A DNA stretch of 64,000 bases from Candidatus Obscuribacteraceae bacterium (GTDB lineage: Bacteria > Cyanobacteriota > Vampirovibrionia > Obscuribacterales > Obscuribacteraceae). The translations under genes were made by a program, and so were the position numbers. The notes beneath the pieces are model-generated. The model was given only the letters and a program-made list of their open reading frames with translations. It had not been told where the DNA came from and made no database searches. The stretch covers positions 576,001 through 640,000 of the forward strand of contig JBGAHS010000005.1 of assembly GCA_044226015.1 (NCBI GenBank). The letters run 5' to 3'. Of the stretch, positions 19,775-28,428 are shown in pieces (positions within the stretch are counted from its first letter, which is position 1; every line of letters starts with the position of its first letter).

Positions 19775-20742
19775 GGCTGCATCAGCACCGGGTTTATATC
19801 ACCATTCTTCTTGAAGCTAAGCTTGTCTATGGCAACACTTCGTCCTGTCGGCATCTTTCCGTCTGCTTTGGCGCGGTTCCATCGATGGTAAAAAACTAGC
19901 CAATCTTTCTTGTCTTTACTCTGCATCAAGCAGTGGTGCCCGGGTCCACTGTGAACCTTGTCGGTTGAAAGAATAACGCCTTTGTAAGTCCACTCACCGA
20001 AAAGTGAATCAGCCACCGAATAGCAAACCCGGTAGGAGTCGTCATTGTATCTTCCGTTACTGTAGCTGCAGTAATATTTGCCGTCCAAGTAATTGAAGAA
20101 GACTCCTTCAGTAAAATTCTGTGGTGTCTCTATGGGCATATCATGCTTTATGCTTACTAAGTCAGAGTTCAGTTCAAATGCTTTAAGTTTTGCACCAGCA
20201 CTACCTCCGCAAAACAAGTAGGTCTTGCCAGATTTTGGATCTTTGAAAATCATTGCGTCTATCGCTTCAAATTTATCATTTCCGGTAATCAGTGGCTTGC
20301 CGCTGTCAACGAAGGGACCCTCAGGAGAATTGCTCACGGCTACGCCAATTCGGCTTGGAGTCGGATTTTGCGGTCCTACAGAAAAGTAGAGGTAGTATTT
20401 CTTGTCGTTATGATAGACACCTGGTGCCCACAACTCGTGGTCTTTTGCACCATCGGCATCAATCCAGCTTACGTCACTCATTTGCAGTATTGGACCAGAT
20501 TTCTGCCAGTGAATTAAGTCTTCGCTGCTCTGGACGTATAGTTCCTTCTTTGCGGTATCTTCCGAGGTAAAGTAAACCCAATATTTGCCACGATCTAAAA
20601 TCACATCGGGGTCAGCACCTGCAAATTTTGGATTAGCTGGTGAAGTATTATGTCCTGGCACTTTGCTATGCACCTCAGAGACGTTGAATAAAGAAGTTGC
20701 TAGAGATGCAATGCTAGCCGCTATGAGCAGGCTGTTTTTCAT
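19771..20742 (-). CDS. Secreted GH43 glycoside hydrolase
   Basis: ADPD, WAPGV, AIDA, TEG and GPGHH motifs; signal peptide from MKNSLL (ATG 20742). Confidence 0.85.
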   Translation of the reverse strand: MKNSLLIAASIASLATSLFNVSEVHSKVPGHNTSPANPKFAGADPDVILDRGKYWVYFTSEDTAKKELYVQSSEDLIHWQKSGPILQMSDVSWIDADGAKDHELWAPGVYHNDKKYYLYFSVGPQNPTPSRIGVAVSNSPEGPFVDSGKPLITGNDKFEAIDAMIFKDPKSGKTYLFCGGSAGAKLKAFELNSDLVSIKHDMPIETPQNFTEGVFFNYLDGKYYCSYSNGRYNDDSYRVCYSVADSLFGEWTYKGVILSTDKVHSGPGHHCLMQSKDKKDWLVFYHRWNRAKADGKMPTGRSVAIDKLSFKKNGDINPVLMQP

Positions 20743-20743
20743 T

Positions 20744-21541
20744 TTAGTAACGCCTGCCACGAGAAAGAAAATTGAACTTTTCTTTAGTTGCTTCGAGTCG
20801 TGAATTATCGCCTCTGTCGGAAAGAACCTTGGCATATCGTTGCAAGGCGCGAGCCACATTCGGGTGTTTTTCCCCATAGATGTACTCTAATTTTTGTATT
20901 CCGCACGACATTGTTTCGCAAAAATTTTGATACTCCATTGGCATGCTAATCGCGCAGATGAGATCGGCCTTTATGTAGAGAGGATCTTCCACGCCGACTG
21001 CTGATATCAAAATATCAATTGCAGCGTTTATGTACTTGCTAGCTTCGCTCAACCTTCCCTGTAAGAGGTAAAGGGTTGATATATCGCACATTGTATAAGA
21101 AAGTTGAACGCATGATTCAACTCCTAAACTGGTGAGTATATCGGCTGATTCTAGAAGTTCTTTCTCGGCGACCCGGTAATTTTCTGTCGCAGTAAGTGCA
21201 TCTGCGTGAAATCGAAGTGCCACCGCCAGTAGTTCAGTCATTCTTGGATCAGAGCTGCTACGAAGTGAATCAACCGAGTGTTGCAGTTTGGAAGCTGCTT
21301 TCTTGTAATTGTTCTTTGCCAGTTCTACGGCTCCGAGTCCGATATCTGACGCTGCAATCGCAAAGTCTCGTTCAGGCAATTCATTTGCAAGTTCTCTTGC
21401 TCTGTTTAGAAGTGATTCTGCTTGTCTTGATTCTCCAGCTGAATATGCAAGACGAGCGCTGGCAACTAGCGACTTCCATCGCCTGCTTTTGGGGTCATCT
21501 GTGCTGATCGAATCGACTATTTTTTTCCTAACCATCATCAT
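20744..21541 (-). CDS. TPR-repeat protein
   Basis: Helical repeats and a G..HP.VA..L kinesin-light-chain-like TPR motif. Confidence 0.65.
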   Translation of the reverse strand: MMMVRKKIVDSISTDDPKSRRWKSLVASARLAYSAGESRQAESLLNRARELANELPERDFAIAASDIGLGAVELAKNNYKKAASKLQHSVDSLRSSSDPRMTELLAVALRFHADALTATENYRVAEKELLESADILTSLGVESCVQLSYTMCDISTLYLLQGRLSEASKYINAAIDILISAVGVEDPLYIKADLICAISMPMEYQNFCETMSCGIQKLEYIYGEKHPNVARALQRYAKVLSDRGDNSRLEATKEKFNFLSRGRRY

Positions 21542-21736
21542 GAACTCTCGCAGTCAGAATTATCACGCCTTTACCTGGCAGGTTTTCAATCCTACCATAA
21601 CGGTAATCTTGGAAACACGTCAATAATCAATACAGACTAAACTCATCGCTCTAGTTTCCAAGCCTTTCCTGGAATATAATGCAAGCGTTTGTTCAGATCA
21701 GCTGCCGCGGCAACTGACTTTTTTTGAGAATTACGA

Positions 21737-23143
21737 ATGCGAATCTGTCTTATTTCGAGAGAGCTACCCCCAGACAGCGGCTGGGGAGGCATTGCTACCT
21801 ACACCTACCACCATGCGCACGCACTGAAAGCTCTCGGACATGATGTCGAAATATTTGCGCTTGCGGCCAATGATGCCGGTGCTGATAAATCAGGTCGGCG
21901 CGTCGAAGATGGAATAGTAGTGCATCGTTGCGTTGCTGAGCCATACATGGACGAGCTCGGCATGATGAAACTGTCGACACCATTCACCCATTTTGTACTT
22001 CGCAGTGTCCTTGCTCTTTCGAAAGCGATTTTGACTGAACATCTCAAGAATCCGTTCGATGTTGCAGAGGCTCCTGAGCATCTTGGTGAGGGACTCTGTC
22101 CTGGTCTTGTGAAATTGTTACCTCTTGTGGTTCGTTTGCATACTCCCCAATCGAAATTCATAAAGGAGAGATTTCACAATCTAACTCCTTCATTTGATCA
22201 AGAATTTGTCGCGATGATTGAACGTGTGGCAATGCTGTCGGCTGACGTAATCACCTCTCCAAGTAAAGACATGGCTGATTATGTCGCTGGTGACATGGGT
22301 TATCCGCGAAACAAGATTGAGATTATTCATAACCCCGTAAACGTTGAAAAGTTCTGCCCAGAAGGTGAGAAAGCCCTGCCTTCAGGCGAGAGTTTGAGAG
22401 TACTTTTTGTGGGAAGACTTGAGGAGAGAAAAGGCGTCCATTACTTGATCAAAGCTATTCCTTCCATAGTGTCCAAGTTTCCAAAATCAAAGTTTGTGAT
22501 CATCGGCGCTGACACAAATAATGCAAAAGGGCAAAGGTCTACCCTTTCTGAGTTGCAAGAACTCATGCAGGAAGCGGGCTGCAGTGATCATTTGACGTTT
22601 ATTCCTTATGTGCCACTGGCGCAGATTCCAGAGTATTATCGTTCGGCTGATATATGTGTTGTTCCATCTCTCTATGACAATGCACCGTGCACGGTGCTAG
22701 AGGGTATGGCTAGCGGTAAGCCGGTTGTAACCACCACTGCTGGTGGCAGCAAAGAATATGTTCTAGATGGGCACTCAGGATTTGTAGTGGCTCCAAAAGA
22801 TGCTGAAGCTTTGGCAGATGTCATCACTCGTTTGTTGCTGGACGACAACATGCGACGTACATTTGGTCAAAATGCAAGAACGAGAATTATCGAGTCCTTT
22901 CATCCTAAAAAGCTTGCTGAGGAGACGGTCGATATTTATAAAGTGGCTATTGATCGCTTCAAGCAGAGAAACACTGAACCTATTTATGGACGTGCCGCCG
23001 AAACCTTCATGGCTGATACAGAGAGCCTTCTGGCTGCTTATAACCGTATGCTCTATGATTTCCTTTATGCGAATTCATGGCGCTTTCATCTGCGTCATCG
23101 AGTGCGCAAAGCAATTTCAATTATAAGCAGGAAATTCCAATAA
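21737..23143 (+). CDS. Glycosyltransferase family 4
   Basis: GGIATY, FVGRLEERKG, VVPSLYD..P..VLEGMASGKPVV. Confidence 0.9.
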   Translation: MRICLISRELPPDSGWGGIATYTYHHAHALKALGHDVEIFALAANDAGADKSGRRVEDGIVVHRCVAEPYMDELGMMKLSTPFTHFVLRSVLALSKAILTEHLKNPFDVAEAPEHLGEGLCPGLVKLLPLVVRLHTPQSKFIKERFHNLTPSFDQEFVAMIERVAMLSADVITSPSKDMADYVAGDMGYPRNKIEIIHNPVNVEKFCPEGEKALPSGESLRVLFVGRLEERKGVHYLIKAIPSIVSKFPKSKFVIIGADTNNAKGQRSTLSELQELMQEAGCSDHLTFIPYVPLAQIPEYYRSADICVVPSLYDNAPCTVLEGMASGKPVVTTTAGGSKEYVLDGHSGFVVAPKDAEALADVITRLLLDDNMRRTFGQNARTRIIESFHPKKLAEETVDIYKVAIDRFKQRNTEPIYGRAAETFMADTESLLAAYNRMLYDFLYANSWRFHLRHRVRKAISIISRKFQ

Positions 23144-23169
23144 ATTCTGGTACTAAGTAGAGCAAACCA

Positions 23170-23313
23170 CTTAGCTGATTCTCGCCAATTGGTCTAACTC
23201 TTGTTGCTAACTGACCCGGCTTAGCTTGGTTTCCATCAATTGAATTAGCTCTGGTTGCTATTCTTTGATCTTACTTAGCTTGTTTGGTGTCAATTGAATT
23301 AGCTTCTGCCTCT
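23170..23313. repeat. Three degenerate ~50-bp tandem copies, the last being the 3' end of the 23271..26036 gene
   Basis: CTTAGCT...CAATTG..(T)TA(G/A)CT starts at 23170, 23220 and 23274. Confidence 0.55.
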
Positions 23314-26036
23314 ACTTTAGCAGCTTCATTATCCTTCTTGAGTTTTCGAAGAATATTTGCGTAGTTGTGGTAGGTCGCCAACTTAATGGCTGCGTTTCGA
23401 ATATTGTTTTGTAGTTTCATCGCCTTCTGCAATAGCGTCTCAGCTTCCGTTTCTTTTCCCTTGGTGCTCAATTCGATTGCGTAATTGTTGTAAGCACGGC
23501 TGAGATTTTCCTTCGCGAGATCATAGTTAGGGTCTAACTTCAATGCTGCTTCAAACTTTTCGATCGCCTGGGCATAAGCTTTAGAGGTCATGAGTTCAAC
23601 GCCTGCGTTATTCATTGCGTTCTTGTCGCTTGGGTCGTTGCTCTTAAATTTTGGAGTTAGGGCAATTTGCACATCTGAGGAATAGAGGTGCTTTATTGTT
23701 CCGACGTCGCGTGGTGAAAGTGCGACCTTCTGGTCAGCCGCTGGCATGCTGCAGAACATGATGTCAGTTGACTTAGGACTGTGACCAATTAGACCCATCG
23801 CGTGACCTATTTCGTGCAAGCAAACGGCTTGTACCTGGTTTTGGGTTAATGGCGAATCGGGCGTTGGGTCAGCTGTGAGAATAACTATTTTGACGTGCTC
23901 GATTCCTTTCGGCGACCAAGATACTTGTGCCTCACCACCTTCAGAAGGCGAGCTCACCTGTGAATAGTCGTTTGTCCATACGCAATCTATGTCAGCACCC
24001 TCTGCCTTATTTACAAATTCAAATTTGACTTTGTCTAGAGAAGCTGTGGACCATGCTTTGAAAGCGTCGTTCATAATGCCCTGGTATTCAGGTCTGAATC
24101 CAGGAACACGAGTGCCCGTTGCGACGTAGACCTTGAGAGGCAGTTTTGCATCAGCCCATTTCACTGTGCCACTAACTGTGGTGAACGCAAAATAGTCTGC
24201 CCCAGACGAGCTGTCCTTTCCGGAGGCAATAGATTGTTCAACAGCCGCCTGCTCTGCTGTTTCTGTTTCAAGATGCTTCACCAGGTCTTTTGCTTTGAGG
24301 GCTAGAGCGTCGTCGGGGAATCGTTTCAAATACTCTTTATAAGTTTGGACGCATTCCTTTAGCTTACCTGTTGTCTGAAAACTGGAAGCTAGATTAACCC
24401 ACGGAGCTGAACGGCTGGGGTCAATTGAAATAGATAGGCGGAGATGTTCGATTGCTTGGTCTGGCTGACCAAGTCTTGATAGTGCTAGCCCCAGGTTTGT
24501 ATGGGCAGAAGCCAACTCCGGATAGATATCGAGTGCTTTGGTCAAAATATCTGCTGCCATGCGGAATTTTTCCTGCCGCATCGCCTCATAGGCTTCATTA
24601 GCTAACAGCAATGCTTTGTATTCCTCTGCGGAAATGAGCCTGCCCTCTGCAAGATAACGAACCTTTCCCCATTGCTTGTCAGCGCCGGCTTTCTTTGCCG
24701 GTCTTTCGATGTACCAGGGTTTGCCAACGTCATTTGCGTTCGAAGCAATCTCGGTGGAAGTCTTGCTTGAGCCCTGTTGCGATGTTTGTTGAGCTGTTTG
24801 CTCTGCTTTCTTCTGTTGTTCTTGATTGAAAGCTAGCTGTTTTGCTTCAGCTTCTTGCTTTTGTTTCTCTGCTAGCTGTGCCTGCTTTTCGGCTGCGAGT
24901 CTGGTTTTCTCCGCTGCTTTCGCTTGCTCAGAGGCTATTCTGGCTTGCTCGGCCGCTTTGGCTTGTTCTTTCGCTAATCTTGCTTGTTCAGCAGCAGCAG
25001 CTTTTTCTGCTGCAACTTTGAGTTGCTCCTCTTGCTTTTTGGCTAGCTCAGCAGCTCTTTTTGATTCCTCTTCTTGTTTCTTTGCATTTTCTGCAGCGAG
25101 CTTTTCTTCTTCAACCTTCTTTTTCGCTTCAGCAACTTCCTTCTGATGCTCTAACTTGCGGCGATTCTCTTCCTCTTTTGAAGCCTTGTCCGCTTCGGCT
25201 TTCGCTAGTTTTTCAGCTTCTTTGTTTTTATCAGATTCTGCTTTGTTATCACCGCTGGCAATGGCTTCTTTGCCGCCTAGTTTTTTCTTGATGATATCGA
25301 GGTTATCTTGCGCACTGTCTATCGCGATGGAAGAGTCTGATGACTTTTTCAGCATTTCAACAGCGCGGCTTGCATAATCTTTTGCTTCCGAAAACTTGCC
25401 TTCGTTTCCTAAGACAGTGGCAAGCAAGTTCATGTATGTGCCCATTTCTTGCTGGTCGCCCTTCTGCTGGGCTATTTCAACTAGCTGTCTGTAATAAGAC
25501 TCTGCGGTTTCGAGGTTATTTTTCATTGACGCATAGCTTGCCATAGAAGGCAGAATGCTAATGAGTTTGGGATCTCTCGCTCCGAGTTTCTTCTTCCAAA
25601 TCTCGTCTACTCGACGCAAGAAAATTTCCGCTGCCATATGGTCGCCGAGCTGTTGGTTACACAGTGCGATTCCATAAAGTGACTCCGCAGCTTCCAGGCT
25701 TTCTGCTCCTAAAATGCGCTGCTGAACCGCCAAGGCCCTTTCATAATATTCTTTTGCAAGTGTGTAATTTTGCAAGCGAATATTAAGCTGTCCCATTTCG
25801 TAGAATGTTGAGCCAAGGCGAACGTCATCATCCTTGAACTTTGCCGTGTCGGTCATAGCCTGTTTTAGGAAGCTATTCGCTGTTTCGAAATCTCCCATTC
25901 GCAATGCATTTCGACCAGATTCGATGTGGTCTTCCCAGGGGCCTTTGCCTTTGGCGAGCACGCTCACTTGGCTGCTGAGCATGACACTCAAAACAGTTGC
26001 GGCGATAACACGATTAAGATAACTATGCTTTCGCAT
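23271..26036 (-). CDS. Secreted TPR protein with TolA-like charged linker and matrixin-type (metzincin) zinc protease domain
   Basis: Signal peptide; TPRs; AEK/AEQ-rich coil; HEIGHAMGLIGHS plus DIMF Met-turn. Confidence 0.8.
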   Translation of the reverse strand: MRKHSYLNRVIAATVLSVMLSSQVSVLAKGKGPWEDHIESGRNALRMGDFETANSFLKQAMTDTAKFKDDDVRLGSTFYEMGQLNIRLQNYTLAKEYYERALAVQQRILGAESLEAAESLYGIALCNQQLGDHMAAEIFLRRVDEIWKKKLGARDPKLISILPSMASYASMKNNLETAESYYRQLVEIAQQKGDQQEMGTYMNLLATVLGNEGKFSEAKDYASRAVEMLKKSSDSSIAIDSAQDNLDIIKKKLGGKEAIASGDNKAESDKNKEAEKLAKAEADKASKEEENRRKLEHQKEVAEAKKKVEEEKLAAENAKKQEEESKRAAELAKKQEEQLKVAAEKAAAAEQARLAKEQAKAAEQARIASEQAKAAEKTRLAAEKQAQLAEKQKQEAEAKQLAFNQEQQKKAEQTAQQTSQQGSSKTSTEIASNANDVGKPWYIERPAKKAGADKQWGKVRYLAEGRLISAEEYKALLLANEAYEAMRQEKFRMAADILTKALDIYPELASAHTNLGLALSRLGQPDQAIEHLRLSISIDPSRSAPWVNLASSFQTTGKLKECVQTYKEYLKRFPDDALALKAKDLVKHLETETAEQAAVEQSIASGKDSSSGADYFAFTTVSGTVKWADAKLPLKVYVATGTRVPGFRPEYQGIMNDAFKAWSTASLDKVKFEFVNKAEGADIDCVWTNDYSQVSSPSEGGEAQVSWSPKGIEHVKIVILTADPTPDSPLTQNQVQAVCLHEIGHAMGLIGHSPKSTDIMFCSMPAADQKVALSPRDVGTIKHLYSSDVQIALTPKFKSNDPSDKNAMNNAGVELMTSKAYAQAIEKFEAALKLDPNYDLAKENLSRAYNNYAIELSTKGKETEAETLLQKAMKLQNNIRNAAIKLATYHNYANILRKLKKDNEAAKVEAEANSIDTKQAK

Positions 26037-26077
26037 TTAGCCCTCCAAGAGCATTCAATTAGACTGACTTTTAGAAC

Positions 26078-26539
26078 TTACTTTGTCGAATACTTATTTT
26101 CGATAGCGAGAACCTTGTTTAGTCTGCGCTGATGACGCTCGGCTCCACTGAATTTCGCTTTGACAAAACTTTCCAGAACCTCCATCGCCAGATTTGGTCC
26201 AATAACGCGAGCGCCCATGCAAAGCACATTGGTGTCGTCATCTTCTCGACCCTGATGAGCTGAGAAGGTGTCATGGCAAAGTCCAGCTCTCACCCCTTTC
26301 ACTTTGTTTGCTGCTACGCAGGCACCAACTCCGCTACCACAGAGAACAACACCGATGTCGGCCTTCCCTGTACTTACGGCTTCGCCGACTGCTTCTGCAA
26401 AGTCTGGATAATCAACGGCTTGTTCGCTATTTGTTCCCAGGTCTAAAACCTCATGACCATTTTTCTTTAGATACTCAATAACTTGAGCTTTTAGGGGGAA
26501 ACCAGCATGGTCGCAGCCAATTGCTACTTTTTCAGGCAT
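26078..26539 (-). CDS. rpiB: Ribose-5-phosphate isomerase B
   Basis: GCDHAG, VDYPD, CGSGVG..ANKVKGVRA, NVLCMGARV, RHQRR. Confidence 0.95.
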   Translation of the reverse strand: MPEKVAIGCDHAGFPLKAQVIEYLKKNGHEVLDLGTNSEQAVDYPDFAEAVGEAVSTGKADIGVVLCGSGVGACVAANKVKGVRAGLCHDTFSAHQGREDDDTNVLCMGARVIGPNLAMEVLESFVKAKFSGAERHQRRLNKVLAIENKYSTK

Positions 26540-26857
26540 GAGAAATTGCTCCTGAGCGGAAAGTGTGGATAGGGGCTATTCTAATATATGTAGGTTTTTC
26601 CAAGGGCTTTTCGGCTGCAGCTTTCACAAAACGCATTCAGCTTGCTTTGTGATTTTGTGCTAAGGAGGCAGCGGTTTGACAACTATGTTGCGGTTCCTTA
26701 AACGGCGATAAAAGGGACCATCTGGAAAGACTTGCGGCACAAAGGTCTCCTGTGTCGCCAATGCGATGCCTCCAGTTTTGTTTCCAGTTAAAGCACGCCT
26801 AAAGTGACCTGTTGATATACTGTTCTCGGGTCGACAGGCAAAGATTAAGCCGAGCAC

Positions 26858-27925
26858 ATGAGCCGTACCGGAATACTGCAAAATAGATATCGAATCGAGT
26901 CCATGCTCGGTCAGGGTGGCATGGGCACCGTCTATCTTGCTAAAGACACGCGTCTTGACGATCGTCTCTGCGTAGTGAAAGAACTTCGAGATGATTTTTA
27001 TCGCGATGAGGACAAGCAGCGCGCTCTAAGTTTCTTCGATCGAGAAGCGCGAATGTTGGCTCGATTGAAACAACGAAACATCGTCCAAGTTAGTGATTAC
27101 TTCAGTGAGGAAGGAAAGTACTTCCTCGTGATGGAGTATGTTGATGGCGAAAATTTGCATAGCATTATGCAAAAGCGCGAAGGCGACCCGTTTGAGGAAG
27201 CACAAGTCTTGCACTGGGCAAAAGAAATTTGCGACGTGCTTTCTTACCTTCATGCTCAAGAGCCTCCGGTAATATATCGAGATTTGAAGCCGAGCAATAT
27301 CATGATCAATTCCGATGGGCAATTGAAACTGGTTGATTTCGGCATTGCAAGAAAAATAGAACAAGAAGACGAAAACACGCGCGTTGTTTCGGCGGGTTAT
27401 TCACCACCAGAACAGTATTGGGGTCAGGCAAATATTCAGTCTGATATTTACTCGCTTGGCGCAACGATGTATTTTCTCCTGAGTGGAAGAGACCCTGAAC
27501 CGTTGAAGTCAAATTCGCCACGCGAAATCAACCCCGAGGTGTCGGAATATCTAGATGAGCTCATACAGAAGTGCATGGCTCAAGATGTGAATCAGCGTTA
27601 CACCAATACAAGAGAATTGCATGAGGCACTTCTATACGCTGATTATGAGGAAGAGCCCAATAATCCGAAGGGCTGGTTTACCCGCAATGTTGCAGGTGTG
27701 ATTTTTATTGTGGTTCTTGCGCTTGTGTTTATCGGTTGGGAGCCAATAGTAAATTCTTTCAAGAATGAACCAGTGAAGAAGACGAACGCGCCGCTTGCCT
27801 CGCCGACGAATAAATCCTCAGATGACCCGACTTATGTCGATCCCCTACTTAGAGGGGCTGCACCGCAAAAGAATTTTGCACTTCAGGTGACTGATGAGAA
27901 GAGCCTTACCGATCCCGGCAATTGA
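26858..27925 (+). CDS. Ser/Thr protein kinase with C-terminal TM helix
   Basis: LGQGGMGTVY, VVKE, YRDLKPSN, DFG, YSPPEQ, SDIYSLG. Confidence 0.9.
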   Translation: MSRTGILQNRYRIESMLGQGGMGTVYLAKDTRLDDRLCVVKELRDDFYRDEDKQRALSFFDREARMLARLKQRNIVQVSDYFSEEGKYFLVMEYVDGENLHSIMQKREGDPFEEAQVLHWAKEICDVLSYLHAQEPPVIYRDLKPSNIMINSDGQLKLVDFGIARKIEQEDENTRVVSAGYSPPEQYWGQANIQSDIYSLGATMYFLLSGRDPEPLKSNSPREINPEVSEYLDELIQKCMAQDVNQRYTNTRELHEALLYADYEEEPNNPKGWFTRNVAGVIFIVVLALVFIGWEPIVNSFKNEPVKKTNAPLASPTNKSSDDPTYVDPLLRGAAPQKNFALQVTDEKSLTDPGN

Positions 27926-28428
27926 TCACTTACGCATGTTTTGAAGTTCTCAAATGTTTTCAAAACACAATAGCGATGTCTGAGTGAAACCCAAATCACA
28001 GTTAAAGCGTGCAGTTGAGATCGAGCTGCAATGGCACGTGTTTTTCGACTACATGCTGTGGAATTCTTGTTGCTGTAGACATTCAAACTTCGGTCTTGAA
28101 ATGCTGCAACAGCGCTCGCGCAAGATGCGTACAGTTGAGCATGCTTGCGTGTCGGTGACTTAGCTTTTGTGCTAACTGATCTTGTATGGCTCACCATATC
28201 TGGTGGCGATGGCAACACTCTTGTGTGATGGCGCCTATGGTGGCAGAATTAGCCAAATTTACGGAACAAGAAGCTATGACTTTGAATTAGTTTCTATCTA
28301 CACTCACTTGTCTTTCTGCCCTTTTGGCGCACAGCGCAAGCTTGCTTGGGTACGCGGTGAAAAAGCAGTTCATTTGAAGTGTTGGCAAATTGATGACAGT
28401 GTCACAATATTTGGGATAATGATGTTAA

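Noticed and set aside
27926..28428. ORFs 27883 and 28182, and a possible TCAC box upstream of the kinase
   Set aside because: The ORFs lack coding features; only single half-sites without the 11-bp partner
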